A stretch of DNA of 64,000 nt from Gammaproteobacteria bacterium (GCA_045110495.1 JBGCGE010000010.1:2392-66391); one strand, 5' to 3'; positions 9,907 through 22,023 are shown, counted from the stretch's first letter. The notes: a model not told the origin generated them from the letters alone. Numbers and translations: made by a program.

Positions 9907-12657
9907 ATGTCAAATAACCGTTCTTCATTCGGTGGCCTAATGGGTCGCATTTTCGGTAGTCGTAACAATCGTGTTCTGAAAAAGATGAATCGTGTCGTTA
10001 CAAAGATCAATACTTTGGAAGACGATATATCAGTCTTAAGTGATGCAGATTTAAAAAACAAGACTGAGGAGTTTCGTACACGGATTAAAGAAGGTGAATC
10101 GCTTGATGCTTTAATCCCAGAAGCTTTTTCTGTTGTACGTGAGGCCGGCAAACGAGTTTTGGGAATGCGCCATTTTGACTGTCAGATGATAGGTGGCATG
10201 GTCTTAAATGATGGAAAAATTGCTGAAATGCGCACGGGTGAAGGTAAAACGCTGGTTGCAACGCTAGCAACTTATCTAAACGCACTCTCTGGAGAAGGCG
10301 TACACGTCATTACTGTAAATGATTATCTTGCTCGTCGTGATGCCGACTGGATGTCAAAACTATATGGGTTTTTAGGGTTAAGCACCGGCGTTATTGTCGC
10401 AAATATTGACAAAGAAGAACGTAAAGCAGCTTACGCTGCAGATATAACCTATGGAACCAACAACGAGTTTGGTTTTGATTACCTGCGCGACAACATGGCT
10501 TTTTCTGCCGAAGATCGTGTGCAACGGGGCTTAAATTTTGCGGTGATCGATGAAGTCGATTCTATACTAATCGACGAAGCTCGAACGCCATTGATCATTT
10601 CTGGACCGACCAATGATAAGACTGACGTCTACCAAAGTATCGATAAATTAATACCTCAACTGACCAAGCAAGAAGAAGAGGATGGGCCTGGTGATTACTC
10701 GCTGGATGAAAAAGCTAAGCAAGTTTATTTGACAGAACAAGGGCATGAAACAGTTGAAGGTTTATTGGTAGAAGCGGAATTACTCGCGGAAGATCAAAGT
10801 CTTTATGAGGCTGCAAATATTGGGCTTATGCACCACATTAATGCCGGATTAAGGGCGCACACTTTATTCCAGAAAGATGTCGAATATATTGTCCAAGACG
10901 ATCAGATTGTTATCGTAGATGAATTTACTGGTCGAACAATGCCAGGACGGCGCTGGTCTGAAGGTTTGCACCAGGCGGTAGAAGCAAAAGAAGATGTTTC
11001 TATTCAAAATGAAAACCAGACATTGGCTTCGATCACATTTCAGAACTACTTCCGTTTATATAACAAGCTTTCTGGAATGACAGGAACTGCTGATACGGAA
11101 GCTTTTGAATTCCAACAAATTTATGGGTTAGAAGTTATTGTCATTCCTACCAATAAACCAATGTTGCGGGATGATAGGGGTGATTTGGTTTATCTCACAC
11201 AGAAAGAAAAATTTGATGCAATTATAGAAGACATCAAAGAATGTATTGAACGAAAACAACCTGTTTTAGTGGGTACGGCTTCTATTGAAACCTCGGAATA
11301 TTTATCAGATTTACTAAACAAAGCGGAAATTGAGCATAGTGTTTTAAACGCTAAATTCCATGAAAAAGAAGCGCAAATTGTTGCACAAGCAGGGAGTCCC
11401 GGCAGTATTACAATCGCAACCAATATGGCCGGTCGTGGTACTGATATTGTGTTGGGTGGAAACCTTGATTCGGAGTTGCAAGAGCGTGAGTCAGAAGGCC
11501 TGGCTGATCAAATTAGAGAAGAATGGAAGTTACGACATCAGGCAGTTCTTGATTCAGGCGGTGTGCACATTATTGGTACGGAACGGCATGAGTCTCGACG
11601 TATTGATAATCAGCTGCGTGGTCGGTCAGGCCGACAAGGTGATCCAGGTTCGAGTCGTTTCTTCTTATCATTGGAAGATAGCCTCATGCGTATTTTTGCT
11701 TCTGAACGTGTTTCAGGTCTTATGCAAAAAATGGGTATGGAAGAAGGAGAGGCGATCGAGCATCCGTGGGTTTCTCGTGCGATCGAAAATGCCCAGCGTA
11801 AAGTCGAGGGTCGTAACTTCGACACGCGTAAGCAATTACTTGATTATGATGATGTGGCGAACGATCAACGTAAGGTCATTTATGAACAGCGAAATGATCT
11901 GATGGATGTTGATGATATTTCTGAGAATATCGAGGGCATTCGTCACGATGTCATTAATGAAATTATTGATGAACATATCACACCAAATAGTGTCGATGAA
12001 ACGTGGGATATAGAAGGACTTACAAAAGCGGTTGAAGAAGAGTTGGCCTTACAACTCCCAATTCAGCAGCTTTTGGATGAAGATGAATCTCTACATGAAG
12101 AAACATTGCGAGAAAAAATTCTCAAGGAGCACAAAAATGCATATCAACAAAAAGAAGCTGATGCTGGAGCAGAAACACTGCGTCACTTTGAAAAAGCATT
12201 AATGTTACAAGTGCTTGATAATCATTGGAAAGAGCATTTGTCTGCAATGGATTATTTACGTCAGAGTATTAACTTACGTGCGATGGCGCAGAAAAATCCT
12301 AAGCAAGAATATAAGCGTGAATCTTTCGATATGTTTACGGAGCTGCTCGACAACATTAAACGAGAAGTGATCAAAATGTTGTCTCATGTACAAGTGCGAG
12401 CTGAAGAAGATGTCGAAGCGATGGAGCAACAACGTCAGCAAGAAGCGGAAGCCGCTGCTGAAGCTGTTCAGTACCAGCATCAGGAAGCTGAAAATCAATT
12501 AGCTGAAGAAGAGTCATTGCCAACAGCGCCGCAAAATCAGAATCCGCCTGTCAGACAAACTCCATTTACAAGATCGGATAAAAAGGTTGGCCGTAATGAG
12601 CCTTGTCCTTGTGGTTCCGGAAAGAAATTCAAGCAGTGCCACGGTAAGGTTAATTGA
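9907..12657 (+). CDS. secA: Preprotein translocase ATPase SecA
   Basis: [40 protein letters not shown]. Confidence 0.99.
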   Translation: MSNNRSSFGGLMGRIFGSRNNRVLKKMNRVVTKINTLEDDISVLSDADLKNKTEEFRTRIKEGESLDALIPEAFSVVREAGKRVLGMRHFDCQMIGGMVLNDGKIAEMRTGEGKTLVATLATYLNALSGEGVHVITVNDYLARRDADWMSKLYGFLGLSTGVIVANIDKEERKAAYAADITYGTNNEFGFDYLRDNMAFSAEDRVQRGLNFAVIDEVDSILIDEARTPLIISGPTNDKTDVYQSIDKLIPQLTKQEEEDGPGDYSLDEKAKQVYLTEQGHETVEGLLVEAELLAEDQSLYEAANIGLMHHINAGLRAHTLFQKDVEYIVQDDQIVIVDEFTGRTMPGRRWSEGLHQAVEAKEDVSIQNENQTLASITFQNYFRLYNKLSGMTGTADTEAFEFQQIYGLEVIVIPTNKPMLRDDRGDLVYLTQKEKFDAIIEDIKECIERKQPVLVGTASIETSEYLSDLLNKAEIEHSVLNAKFHEKEAQIVAQAGSPGSITIATNMAGRGTDIVLGGNLDSELQERESEGLADQIREEWKLRHQAVLDSGGVHIIGTERHESRRIDNQLRGRSGRQGDPGSSRFFLSLEDSLMRIFASERVSGLMQKMGMEEGEAIEHPWVSRAIENAQRKVEGRNFDTRKQLLDYDDVANDQRKVIYEQRNDLMDVDDISENIEGIRHDVINEIIDEHITPNSVDETWDIEGLTKAVEEELALQLPIQQLLDEDESLHEETLREKILKEHKNAYQQKEADAGAETLRHFEKALMLQVLDNHWKEHLSAMDYLRQSINLRAMAQKNPKQEYKRESFDMFTELLDNIKREVIKMLSHVQVRAEEDVEAMEQQRQQEAEAAAEAVQYQHQEAENQLAEEESLPTAPQNQNPPVRQTPFTRSDKKVGRNEPCPCGSGKKFKQCHGKVN

Positions 12658-13826
12658 TAGAAGGGATAAGGCTTGGAACGACGAGTGCAGGAATACGTCA
12701 AACCGAGCGCGATGATCTGGCGGTAATAGAAATAAGTGAAGGCAGCAATGTTGTCAGTGTTTTTACTTTGAACGCATTTTGTGCAGCTCCAGTTACCATT
12801 GCGAAACAACATCTATCAGCAACAACACCTAAATATTTACTGATAAATTCTGGTAATGCGAATGCTGGAACAGGTGCTTCCGGTCATCGAGATTGCCTGG
12901 ATACCTGTCAAATGCTGGCGGATAAAACTTCATCTGATCTAAACTCCATTTTACCTTTCTCGACAGGTGTTATTGGCGAGCGGCTTCCGATCAAACTATT
13001 TAATACGGCCATTACAGCGGCATTAAAAAACCTTACCGCCAATGGATGGAAAGCTGCTTCTAGAGCCATTATGACCACAGATACATGTGAAAAAAGAGCC
13101 AGTTTGGAATGCGAGATTAATGGAAAGAAAATCAAAATTGAAGGTATGGCAAAAGGATCGGGAATGATTCGGCCTAACATGGCGACAATGTTGGCCTATG
13201 TCGCTACAGATGCAAGTGTTGAAACAGAATTATTGCAGCACTGTTTACAAGAATCGGTAGACAAGAGTTTTAATCGTATAACGGTTGATGGTGACACTTC
13301 GACCAATGATGCTTGCGTTTTGATCGCAACTGGAAAATCGAATATTGAAGTTAAGCGTAATGATCGCGAACAGTTTCAAAAAGCGGTAGACGAGGTTTTT
13401 ATTAAGCTTGCACATGCCATAGTAAAAGATGGTGAAGGTGCTACAAAGTTTATTTCCATTGAAGTTTTTGGTGGAAAGACTGATAAAGAGTGTCGTGAAA
13501 TAGGCTACTGCATTGCACATTCGCCACTGGTTAAAACAGCTTTTTTCGCTTCCGATCCTAACTGGGGAAGATTGCTTGCCGCAATAGGACGAGCAGATGT
13601 AGAACAGTTAGACGTCAGTAAAATTTCGATAATGCTTGGTGATGTGCATTTAATTGAAAATGGTGAGCCAGCAGAAACCTATACTGAAGAACAGGGCGCT
13701 TCGGTGATGAAAAAAGATGAGATCGCAATCAAAGTTGATCTCGGTAGAGGAGCTGCGGTCGATACGGTTTGGACCTGTGATTTGTCCTATGATTATGTCC
13801 GGATCAACGCTGAATATCGAACCTGA
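12654..13826 (+). CDS. argJ: Ornithine acetyltransferase
   Basis: [37 protein letters not shown]. Confidence 0.96.
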   Translation: MIEGIRLGTTSAGIRQTERDDLAVIEISEGSNVVSVFTLNAFCAAPVTIAKQHLSATTPKYLLINSGNANAGTGASGHRDCLDTCQMLADKTSSDLNSILPFSTGVIGERLPIKLFNTAITAALKNLTANGWKAASRAIMTTDTCEKRASLECEINGKKIKIEGMAKGSGMIRPNMATMLAYVATDASVETELLQHCLQESVDKSFNRITVDGDTSTNDACVLIATGKSNIEVKRNDREQFQKAVDEVFIKLAHAIVKDGEGATKFISIEVFGGKTDKECREIGYCIAHSPLVKTAFFASDPNWGRLLAAIGRADVEQLDVSKISIMLGDVHLIENGEPAETYTEEQGASVMKKDEIAIKVDLGRGAAVDTVWTCDLSYDYVRINAEYRT

Positions 13827-14760
13827 AGTTACACACGTAGCTGTCGCCTGTGTGATCAATTCCGAAGGCGAAGTTTTAGTTTCTCGTCGCCCTGAAGGTG
13901 TCCACCTTGAAGGTTTATGGGAATTCCCCGGAGGTAAATTAGAAAAAGGTGAGTCAGTCTTCGCTGCACTACAGCGAGAACTGAAAGAAGAGGTTGGCAT
14001 ACAGGTAGAGTCCGCTCGTCAATTGATCAAAATCACTCATGATTATCCCGAAAAAACCGTCAAGCTCGATACCTGGTTAATTAACGAATGGTCCGGTGAT
14101 GCGGCTGGATTGGAAGGGCAAGAAATTAAGTGGCTTGATCAGAAAGAGCTGATTGAGTATCAATTTCCGGAAGCAGATCTGCCAATTATGACGGCATTGA
14201 GTTTGCCTTCTGTCTACCAAATCAGTCCTGAACCAGGACAAAATATTGAAGGTTTTCTAAACAAGGTCGAAGTTTGTCTTGCTGATGGTGTAAAACTTTT
14301 TCAGCTTCGAGCAAAAGAAAGTAGTTCAGAAGAAATTGATCAGATTTCTAAAAATCTAAAAATGCTTTGCGAGAAATATCAGGCTAAATGGCTAATTAAT
14401 GGTGAGCCTAAAGATGTTTTAAAGTACAGCGCTGATGGCGTTCATATTACAAGTAAGCGTTTACTTTCAATGAAAGAAAGGCCATTAAACACAGATTTTT
14501 TGATGGGCGCTTCTTGTCATAATTTAGAAGAACTAACACATGCTGATAAATTAGATCTGGATTTTGCTGTTTTAGCTCCAGTGAAGAAGACACTTTCGCA
14601 TCCAGAAGTTAAACCGCTCGGCTTTGATCAGTTTGAAGAATTGATCGAGAAAATTAATATTCCCGTTTATGCATTGGGTGGATTGAGTATTACCGATCTG
14701 GAAACCGCATGGGAGCATGGGGCACAAGGTGTTGCTATGATAAGAGCTGGTTGGGATTAA
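13795..14760 (+). CDS. mutT: MutT Nudix hydrolase fused to a thiamine-phosphate-synthase-like barrel (start uncertain)
   Basis: WEFPGGK..RELKEEVG Nudix box; C-terminal QLRAK, ASCH, PVYALGG. Confidence 0.9.
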   Translation: MSGSTLNIEPEVTHVAVACVINSEGEVLVSRRPEGVHLEGLWEFPGGKLEKGESVFAALQRELKEEVGIQVESARQLIKITHDYPEKTVKLDTWLINEWSGDAAGLEGQEIKWLDQKELIEYQFPEADLPIMTALSLPSVYQISPEPGQNIEGFLNKVEVCLADGVKLFQLRAKESSSEEIDQISKNLKMLCEKYQAKWLINGEPKDVLKYSADGVHITSKRLLSMKERPLNTDFLMGASCHNLEELTHADKLDLDFAVLAPVKKTLSHPEVKPLGFDQFEELIEKINIPVYALGGLSITDLETAWEHGAQGVAMIRAGWD

Positions 14761-14779
14761 AAAATTTAAGTTGTATGAA

Positions 14780-14977
14780 TTAGTGTTGAAGCATGTCATC
14801 TTCGTCTGGAATGATGATCACTTCTTCTCCAGGAATGGCGTGACTTCCATTCATCCAACCTCCAAAATCGATCAACTTACATCGTTCGCTGCAAAAGGGA
14901 AGAGCTTGGTTATCTTCAAGATTATTTGTTGGTTTTTTGCAGGTTGGGCATTGACTACTTTTACTCATAACACTCAT
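14780..14977 (-). CDS. yacG: DNA gyrase inhibitor YacG
   Basis: CPTC...PFCSERCKLIDFGGW. Confidence 0.93.
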   Translation of the reverse strand: MSVMSKSSQCPTCKKPTNNLEDNQALPFCSERCKLIDFGGWMNGSHAIPGEEVIIIPDEDDMLQH

Positions 14978-14980
14978 ACA

Positions 14981-15817
14981 TTAGTTACAGCACTGTAATT
15001 CAAAATCGATATTATGCCCTATCTGGATTGGTCGTTCACGTGTCGAATTTTGCTCAAGAAAACGAACGGAGAAACGATGTTTACCACCACTGATCTCTGG
15101 GAATGACGAGTTCCCAACAGGTAACAATATTCTGATTAATTGGATTGGTTTATTTTGATCCAACGAGTATTGAAAAAAGCCTTCCGGCGCCGTCTCTTTT
15201 GTTGCTTCGCTACCCGATCTTAATATTTTTAATACAAGGTTTATCGCATTTTTCATATATTTCAAATCATCAAACCATTGATTCAATTGAAATTTTCTCT
15301 CACTTGAGTTCTTGCTTAGCCAGTGGTGATAAGAGGGTAGATCAAAATTACATGCACCACCGGCAATAGATGAACGCTGTTTAATCGAAGAGATCAATTC
15401 ATCTTCGTTTATGTTTTGTCCTGGGTGATATGCGGGATTTGTTAATTGGTTATGAGAATCCTGGAGTCTGTTAAGCATCTCATTCAGAACTTCACCATCT
15501 ACCTGAGGATTCTTTTTTAAGGTTTGTAGAAGACTGATGTGTTTATCCAATTCTTTATAGAGTTCTGCTTTTATATCTGTCCGGTTAAGCAACTCACTAA
15601 TATCAATTAGATTTGAGACACACTGACGATTATCCCATTCTTCCGGCTTAGAAATGGAATAGCTAACAAGTTGAAATAAAAACTCAAGTCGTAAAAAATT
15701 TCTGATCCGTTCATTGAGAGGCAATTCGTAAATTGCTTTATCTTGAATATCTGAAAACAGTCCAAATTGTGATTCGGTATTGTTTTTGTCTTGATCCTTA
15801 TCCATTTGTAGAGTCAC
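14981..15817 (-). CDS. zapD: Cell division protein ZapD
   Basis: YELPLNERIRNFLRLE, GGACNFDLP, PEISGGKHRF. Confidence 0.94.
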   Translation of the reverse strand: MTLQMDKDQDKNNTESQFGLFSDIQDKAIYELPLNERIRNFLRLEFLFQLVSYSISKPEEWDNRQCVSNLIDISELLNRTDIKAELYKELDKHISLLQTLKKNPQVDGEVLNEMLNRLQDSHNQLTNPAYHPGQNINEDELISSIKQRSSIAGGACNFDLPSYHHWLSKNSSERKFQLNQWFDDLKYMKNAINLVLKILRSGSEATKETAPEGFFQYSLDQNKPIQLIRILLPVGNSSFPEISGGKHRFSVRFLEQNSTRERPIQIGHNIDFELQCCN

Positions 15818-16436
15818 GAAGTGAGGATAACGCTAAATACTTGTCGTGTAAGTTATTTACTTTTGATGCGAGCTCCAACAACTCTCCTCCGTTTTTGATC
15901 ACATCCTCGGCATTTAAAAGCCGTTTTTCTCTTGTTATTTGCTGCTTTATGATCTTTTCCACCTCCTTTTGGCTGATATTATCCCGGCTCGAGACACGTT
16001 GGTTTTGTATGTCGGTTGGGATATCCACGACTAGAATTCGATCAACTTCATTTTCAAGCCCTTTTTCAAACAATAAAGGAATACTCAGGATGCAATAAGG
16101 GGATGTTGCTTGAGAAACTTGATCACGCATACGACTAATAATACGGGGATGAGTGATTTTTTCCAGTTGATCTAATTTATTTTGATCATTAAAAACAAGC
16201 TGGCGGAGTTTTTTGCGATCAATTTCTCTATTTGTAGATAGAATTGTTGATCCAAAAGCTTTCAGAATTTCTTTGTAGGCTGGTTGATCCGGTTGAACAA
16301 TTTCATGGGCTATGACATCCGCATCTATAATGCTAATGCCAAACTCGGCAAACAAATTACTTACTGTCGTTTTACCAGAACCAATCCCACCTGTTAATCC
16401 AATTCGCAAAGGTTGGGAAGTTTCTGTTTGAGTCAC
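15798..16436 (-). CDS. coaE: Dephospho-CoA kinase
   Basis: IGLTGGIGSGKT, DAD, IPLLFE. Confidence 0.96.
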   Translation of the reverse strand: MTQTETSQPLRIGLTGGIGSGKTTVSNLFAEFGISIIDADVIAHEIVQPDQPAYKEILKAFGSTILSTNREIDRKKLRQLVFNDQNKLDQLEKITHPRIISRMRDQVSQATSPYCILSIPLLFEKGLENEVDRILVVDIPTDIQNQRVSSRDNISQKEVEKIIKQQITREKRLLNAEDVIKNGGELLELASKVNNLHDKYLALSSLRDSTNG

Positions 16437-17308
16437 TAATAGAGCGTCCTTAGATAGATATCAATTAAATCTTGTCCCCAGCATAAAGCAATCCACCCAG
16501 CGATCGCAAGGTAAGGACCAAATGGAATCGGTTGTTGACGACCATGTGACTTAAATAATATGAGAGAAATTCCGACTGCGGTACCTGCTACCGATGAGAG
16601 AATGATCGTAAGTGGTAGAACTTGCCAGCCCAACCAGGCGCCTATCATCCCTAAGAGTTTAAAGTCACCAAACCCCATCCCTTCCTTTCCGGTTACGAGT
16701 TTGAATAACCAGTAGACTGACCAGAGTGCCAGGTAGCCTGCCATTGCGCCGATAATACTGGATTGTAGATCGGTAAACGTACCGAACATATTAAAAGCAA
16801 TCCCAAGCCACAAAAACGGTAAGGTGATTGAGTCGGGTAATAACTGTGTATCAAGATCAATTCCGCTGAGTACGATTAATGCCCAGGTGAATAAAATTCC
16901 ACCCAAAGCCGCCCAGCCGAAGCCAAAACGCCAGGCAACAACGGCGGTCAGAACGGCAGTTAAAATTTCGACGAGCGGATATCGAGCTGAAATTTTGTCG
17001 CCACAACCTTTGCACTTTCCACCTTGGATTAAATAACTGAGAACAGGAATGTTTTCGATAGCGGTTATGGCGTGGTCACATTTGGGACATTTTGATCTTG
17101 GTTTTGAAAGATTGAATACATCTTGTTTTTCAGCGTCAGGACATTGTTGATCGAGTAATTCTCGGCATTGAGATTTCCAGTCGCGTTCCATCATGAGTGG
17201 TAAACGATAGATTACAACGTTAAGAAAACTACCAACAATTAATCCGATCAATCCTGCGAATAGGATGAATATGGTTGGATTCGTCTGTAAAAGGCTGATA
17301 AAAGACAT
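16436..17308 (-). CDS. pilD: Prepilin peptidase/N-methyltransferase
   Basis: GSFLNVVIYRLP, two CxxC, GMGFGDFKL, PFGPYL. Confidence 0.97.
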   Translation of the reverse strand: MSFISLLQTNPTIFILFAGLIGLIVGSFLNVVIYRLPLMMERDWKSQCRELLDQQCPDAEKQDVFNLSKPRSKCPKCDHAITAIENIPVLSYLIQGGKCKGCGDKISARYPLVEILTAVLTAVVAWRFGFGWAALGGILFTWALIVLSGIDLDTQLLPDSITLPFLWLGIAFNMFGTFTDLQSSIIGAMAGYLALWSVYWLFKLVTGKEGMGFGDFKLLGMIGAWLGWQVLPLTIILSSVAGTAVGISLILFKSHGRQQPIPFGPYLAIAGWIALCWGQDLIDIYLRTLY

Positions 17309-17386
17309 AGCAGAATTATAAGTAGTTCCTTCACCCTTGTCAGGGTTGGAGGATTATAGGATTTGTATGAGTTTAGACAAGATGAA

Positions 17387-18607
17387 TTATACGACTTGTC
17401 CCATTTTGAAAATGGGTAAGTACATTGCGACTACCATACCACCGATTAACACCCCTAACACTGCCATAATGACAGGTTCCAAAAGGCTGGTGAGGGCTTC
17501 TACGGCATCGTCGACTTCTTGTTCATACCAGTCTGCGACTTTGCCGAGCATTTGATCAACCGATCCAGATTCTTCACCAATGGCTACCATTTGTATAACC
17601 ATGCTAGGAAATAATTCAGAATCGCGCATCGCAAGTTGAAGCTGTGTTCCGGTTGCCACTTCATCACGCATTTTCATAGTTGCATCATAGAATAATATAT
17701 TGCCACAAGCCCCGGCGACAGATTCCATCGCCTCGACCAAAGGGGTTCCTGCTGAGAACATGGTTGCAAGCGTTCTTGAGAATCGAGCGATAGCGGACTT
17801 TTCTAAAATCTCTCCGATTACGGGGATTTTCAAGGAAGCTCGATCTAAAAAGTGCGCAAATTTTGGAGAGCGTTTTTTCGCTTGAATAATGCCATAGATC
17901 ACGGCTCCAATTGCTGCAAACATCAAATACCAGTTTGCCTGAAAGAACTCAGACATATTGATAACCATCGAAGTTAAAGCGGGTAGATCAGCGCCAAAAC
18001 TGCCGAATAGATCCTGAAATTGCGGAATTACAAAAATCATCAATATGGTGGTGATAATGAATGCCATAACTATAACGGCAGTAGGGTAAAAGAGTGCTGA
18101 TTTGATTTTTGATCTTAATGCCTCAGTTTTTTCTTGGTAGTCCGCAATCTCATTCAACATATTTTCAAGATTACCGGATTGCTCACCAGCATTGACCAAA
18201 TTTACATATAGCTCATTGAATTGTAATGGGTGTTTAGCCAAAGCATCGGTTAAGGCACCACCTGATTCAACATCACCTTTGATAGACATAAGCAAATCTT
18301 GCATTTTAGGATTAGCATGTCCCCGACCAGCAATATCAATCGATTGCATAAGAGGCACACCTGATGCCATCATTGTCGAAAGCTGGCGACTGAAAATAGC
18401 AATATCTTTAGTAACAATTTTTTTACCCGCTTTCTCAAAAAGTGGTTTAGATTTTTTTCTGACTTTTAGAGGATTAACGCCTTGTCGCCGCAAGGTTGCA
18501 TTGATCAGCGCAACGCTGGTGCCATTCATTTCACCTTTGACACGCTTGCCGTTTTTGTCCATTCCTTCCCAGGTGAACATGAATTTTTTAATTGTATCTG
18601 TAGCCAT
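17387..18607 (-). CDS. pilC: Type IV pilus platform protein
   Basis: Two GspF domains: FSRQLSTM..SGVPL, GEQSG, GEESG. Confidence 0.96.
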   Translation of the reverse strand: MATDTIKKFMFTWEGMDKNGKRVKGEMNGTSVALINATLRRQGVNPLKVRKKSKPLFEKAGKKIVTKDIAIFSRQLSTMMASGVPLMQSIDIAGRGHANPKMQDLLMSIKGDVESGGALTDALAKHPLQFNELYVNLVNAGEQSGNLENMLNEIADYQEKTEALRSKIKSALFYPTAVIVMAFIITTILMIFVIPQFQDLFGSFGADLPALTSMVINMSEFFQANWYLMFAAIGAVIYGIIQAKKRSPKFAHFLDRASLKIPVIGEILEKSAIARFSRTLATMFSAGTPLVEAMESVAGACGNILFYDATMKMRDEVATGTQLQLAMRDSELFPSMVIQMVAIGEESGSVDQMLGKVADWYEQEVDDAVEALTSLLEPVIMAVLGVLIGGMVVAMYLPIFKMGQVV

Positions 18608-18621
18608 ATAGTTACCTGCTT

Positions 18622-20337
18622 CTATTCCACAGTGACTCGATTAATTTCTTGCATGCTGGTGACGCCATCTTGTACCTTCCTAAGCCCTGATTGACGAATA
18701 TCTGGAATCCCTTCACTATCTGCTTGATCGGCCAGATCCACGGCATTCGCTTCGTCCATTATTAATCTCTTCATAGCGTCCGAAATGGGCATAACTTGAT
18801 AGATACCGGTTCTTCCCTTGTAACCATTGCTACATTGATCACAACCTATGGCTTCAAAAGGCGTAAATCCTTCATCAATAGCTTGTGTTGAGAACCCTTC
18901 AGAGACTAAAGCATCCTTAGATATCTCCATCGGTTGTTTACAATGAGGGCAGAGTCGTCTTGCAAGTCGTTGAGCTACAATGAGATTAATAGTTGTGGCA
19001 ACAGCAAACGGAGGTATACCCATGTCTTTTAAACGCGTTAGCGTTTGGGGGCCATCATTTGTATGCAAGGTCGACATAACCATATGTCCCGTTTGGGCTG
19101 CTTTGACAGCAATGCTGCCTGTTTCAAGATCTCGAATTTCTCCGACAAGAATAATGTCAGGATCTTGTCGCAAAAAAGCTTTCAGCGCTTTTGGAAAAGT
19201 CATTCCGGTTTTTTCATCAACTTGAACCTGGTTTACTCCAGGAAGATTTATCTCTACAGGATCTTCTGCGGTGGAAATATTGACATCTTCCGTGTTGAGG
19301 ATATTAATCCCAGTGTACAGCGAAACAGTCTTACCACTACCTGTTGGCCCAGTAACCAAAAACATCCCGTAAGGTTTGTGCAAATTTTCGAGGAAAATTT
19401 CTTTCTGAAAATCTTCGTAACCCAGAACGTCGATGCCCAATTTTGCACTATCAGAATCAAGGATACGTAGAACAATTTTTTCACCATAGAGAGTCGGACA
19501 GGTACTCACCCTGAAATCAATGGATTTCTTTTTCGAGATATTAAGTTTTATCCGACCATCTTGAGGGACGCGTCGTTCGGAGACATCCAGTCTGGACATT
19601 ACTTTTATCCGTGCAGAGATTTTCCCAGCAAGACTATTTGGTGGATGTGCAAATTCATGTAAAACCCCATCAATACGAAAACGGACACGGAATACTTTTT
19701 CATAAGGTTCAAAATGAAGATCTGATGCGCCTTTTTTGATCGCATCAAGAAGCATTTTGTTAACAAAGCGCACAACGGGTGCATCGTCAACGTCGGAATC
19801 TGCATCATCTTGATTTGGAGCTTCTGCAACCTCCAGATTATCAAGGTCAAGCAATTCCTCGTCTTCCATATCACCAAAAACGGAGCCCGAATTATCAACC
19901 GTATCTTCAATAAGTCGCGTGAGCTTATCTTCCTCAACAACGACCATTTCCGTATTCGCACCAACGTGAAACTTGATCTCATCGAGAGCTTGAATATTTG
20001 TAGGATCAGATCCGGCTAGGTAAACACGGTTGCCACGTTTGAATATAGGGAGTACATGGTGCTTTTCAATAAGATCGTTGGATACTAAAGATATTATTTC
20101 TGGGTTTAGTTCGATGGCAGATAAGTCAAGAAGCGGAACACCAAACTCCTCGGATGCGGCTTTTGCCACACTTTTAGGGTCAGCAAGTTTTTGTTCCACA
20201 AGATAGGCGACAAAGGGCTTACCTTCACTCAATGCCTTTGTATGAGCTTCTATCGCTTTTTCTTCGTCAAGGAGATTTTCCAGAATCAATTTTCTGGCAA
20301 GACCACCTAAATTTCTTCTACTGTTTGTAACTGCCAT
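18622..20337 (-). CDS. pilB: Type IV-A pilus assembly ATPase
   Basis: GPTGSGKT, EDPVE, LRQDPD, CPHC/CDQC zinc motif. Confidence 0.97.
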   Translation of the reverse strand: MAVTNSRRNLGGLARKLILENLLDEEKAIEAHTKALSEGKPFVAYLVEQKLADPKSVAKAASEEFGVPLLDLSAIELNPEIISLVSNDLIEKHHVLPIFKRGNRVYLAGSDPTNIQALDEIKFHVGANTEMVVVEEDKLTRLIEDTVDNSGSVFGDMEDEELLDLDNLEVAEAPNQDDADSDVDDAPVVRFVNKMLLDAIKKGASDLHFEPYEKVFRVRFRIDGVLHEFAHPPNSLAGKISARIKVMSRLDVSERRVPQDGRIKLNISKKKSIDFRVSTCPTLYGEKIVLRILDSDSAKLGIDVLGYEDFQKEIFLENLHKPYGMFLVTGPTGSGKTVSLYTGINILNTEDVNISTAEDPVEINLPGVNQVQVDEKTGMTFPKALKAFLRQDPDIILVGEIRDLETGSIAVKAAQTGHMVMSTLHTNDGPQTLTRLKDMGIPPFAVATTINLIVAQRLARRLCPHCKQPMEISKDALVSEGFSTQAIDEGFTPFEAIGCDQCSNGYKGRTGIYQVMPISDAMKRLIMDEANAVDLADQADSEGIPDIRQSGLRKVQDGVTSMQEINRVTVE

Positions 20338-20556
20338 CTAGTCTAGAATTTCCGTTCCCAGTTCATTGTTTGAGCTTTTTTTTCTCGAAAATGATAAATG
20401 TTTATATCAATCAATAAGATAATGTTAGCTATGTTATTAACTAACGACTGTTTGTGTTTTTGGAACCAAATCTTCACGAATCATCAGTGCGTGAGGATTT
20501 CTCTATATGTGCAAGTTATAGCAAGGATCGTTCCAAAAATTGAATATAGTGCGGTT

Positions 20557-21402
20557 TTAAATACTGACTTTAACGGGAAGAGATAATTTTCTAAGACGTT
20601 CAGCAAAACTTTCTAGCCAGGCCGGTTCTAGCGTGGTGAGTTCGGGGGCTTCAGGTTGTAGCGATGGTCTAGCGAGTCCGTAGAGCAGAATGCCTTTTAG
20701 AGGCGTGTTATTGGAAAGTATTTGTTGCACAAAACTAATATATGCATCTTGCTCTTTTTCTGAGGGAGGTTGGCCATTTTTTTTGAATACACACGTCTGA
20801 AGCCAGGTTGGACATAGTCGGCAGGCACGGTCGAGATTTGACATTACGCTATTGATACTGCGGTTAATGCTGTTGATATTTTTCATACCGGTTTCCGTTG
20901 CACTATCGAGTTTAAACCAGACTTCACCATTCAGTTCAGCCATGGTTTGTAAGCCTTTTTGTACGTGCGATCGTTGGATGTAGCTACCATTTGTGATCAG
21001 TACTAACTTGATATTTCCAACCAGATCAAACTCACGCATAACCTTACCGATCAGAATAATGATTTGATCAAATTCTGTTGCGCTGGTGGATTCTCCATTT
21101 CCTGACAGTGCGATGTCTTTGATATTCCGTAGCGTGGGCTCTACATTTTCTCGATCAAAAAAAGTGCCATTTACAACGTCTTGTAAAAACGGGTGTAATT
21201 CAGATTCTAATTTTCCCAGATCAATTTCAGGCGCAGAACCGCGCTTAAGGTTAGGTACCTGGCAATAAATGCAGCGCCAATTGCACTTGTTATTTGGGTT
21301 AAGGTTTATGCCTACAGACAGGCCACCTGCACGACGCGAAAGCACTGGGTAAACGTAGGTCATTCCGATACTATCACGACTATGATCTTCTACAGTAAGC
21401 AT
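20557..21402 (-). CDS. Radical SAM protein, substrate unknown
   Basis: CNWRCIYC (CxxxCxxC), YPVLSRRAGGLSVGINL, SGNGE. Confidence 0.88.
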   Translation of the reverse strand: MLTVEDHSRDSIGMTYVYPVLSRRAGGLSVGINLNPNNKCNWRCIYCQVPNLKRGSAPEIDLGKLESELHPFLQDVVNGTFFDRENVEPTLRNIKDIALSGNGESTSATEFDQIIILIGKVMREFDLVGNIKLVLITNGSYIQRSHVQKGLQTMAELNGEVWFKLDSATETGMKNINSINRSINSVMSNLDRACRLCPTWLQTCVFKKNGQPPSEKEQDAYISFVQQILSNNTPLKGILLYGLARPSLQPEAPELTTLEPAWLESFAERLRKLSLPVKVSI

Positions 21403-21531
21403 AAGTTTTTTTGGCTTGAAACGAAGGCCAATATTATGGATGATGTTTCTTATTGGTCAAATCGTTTAATTAAGGAATTCGGAAATGCAATTCATTAAGC
21501 TACAACTATCTAAGAATTTTGGAGTTGGTAA

Positions 21532-21984
21532 GTGAGCTCAGATGATCAAAAAAGCCAGCAAGGTCGAGACACTTCTAGAAGATATTTTGTAGATGTCTGG
21601 CAAAAATATAGAGCAGGATCAATTTTGCAACCATTAGAGAATCTGATCGCTGGTGTGATTATTCAACATCCCGAATACCATGATCTGTTGGAAGATCACA
21701 AATCTGTAGTTGAAGCAGATTTTGATTCGGAATCTGGTGCACCTAATCCGTTTCTGCATATGGGATTACATATCACTCTACAAGAACAGTATGGTGCTGA
21801 TCGTCCGGCGGGGATTCGAGAGTTGTACGATCTTGGTTTGGAAAAGTTGGCTGATCCTCACTTACTCGAACATCGAATGATGGAAAGTCTTGGTGAAGTA
21901 CTGTGGAGAGCACAGCGAGATCAAACTATGCCGAATGAAGAGGCTTATCTTGAAGGACTCAGGCAGATAGTTGGTTCTTGTTAG
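21532..21984 (+). CDS. DUF1841-family protein
   Basis: HPEYH, NPFLHMGLHI..EQ...DRP.GI. Confidence 0.85.
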   Translation: MSSDDQKSQQGRDTSRRYFVDVWQKYRAGSILQPLENLIAGVIIQHPEYHDLLEDHKSVVEADFDSESGAPNPFLHMGLHITLQEQYGADRPAGIRELYDLGLEKLADPHLLEHRMMESLGEVLWRAQRDQTMPNEEAYLEGLRQIVGSC

Positions 21985-22023
21985 AAGTTATTAGTATTGC
22001 TTAGTTTATAGCGATCTGTAATG

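Noticed and set aside
11360-11902. 180-aa alternative-frame ORF inside secA
   Set aside because: Fully nested in a highly conserved gene, with no recognisable features.
13717-14760. MutT-ThiE-like fusion as a novelty
   Set aside because: This fusion after secA-argJ is well known in beta- and gammaproteobacteria.
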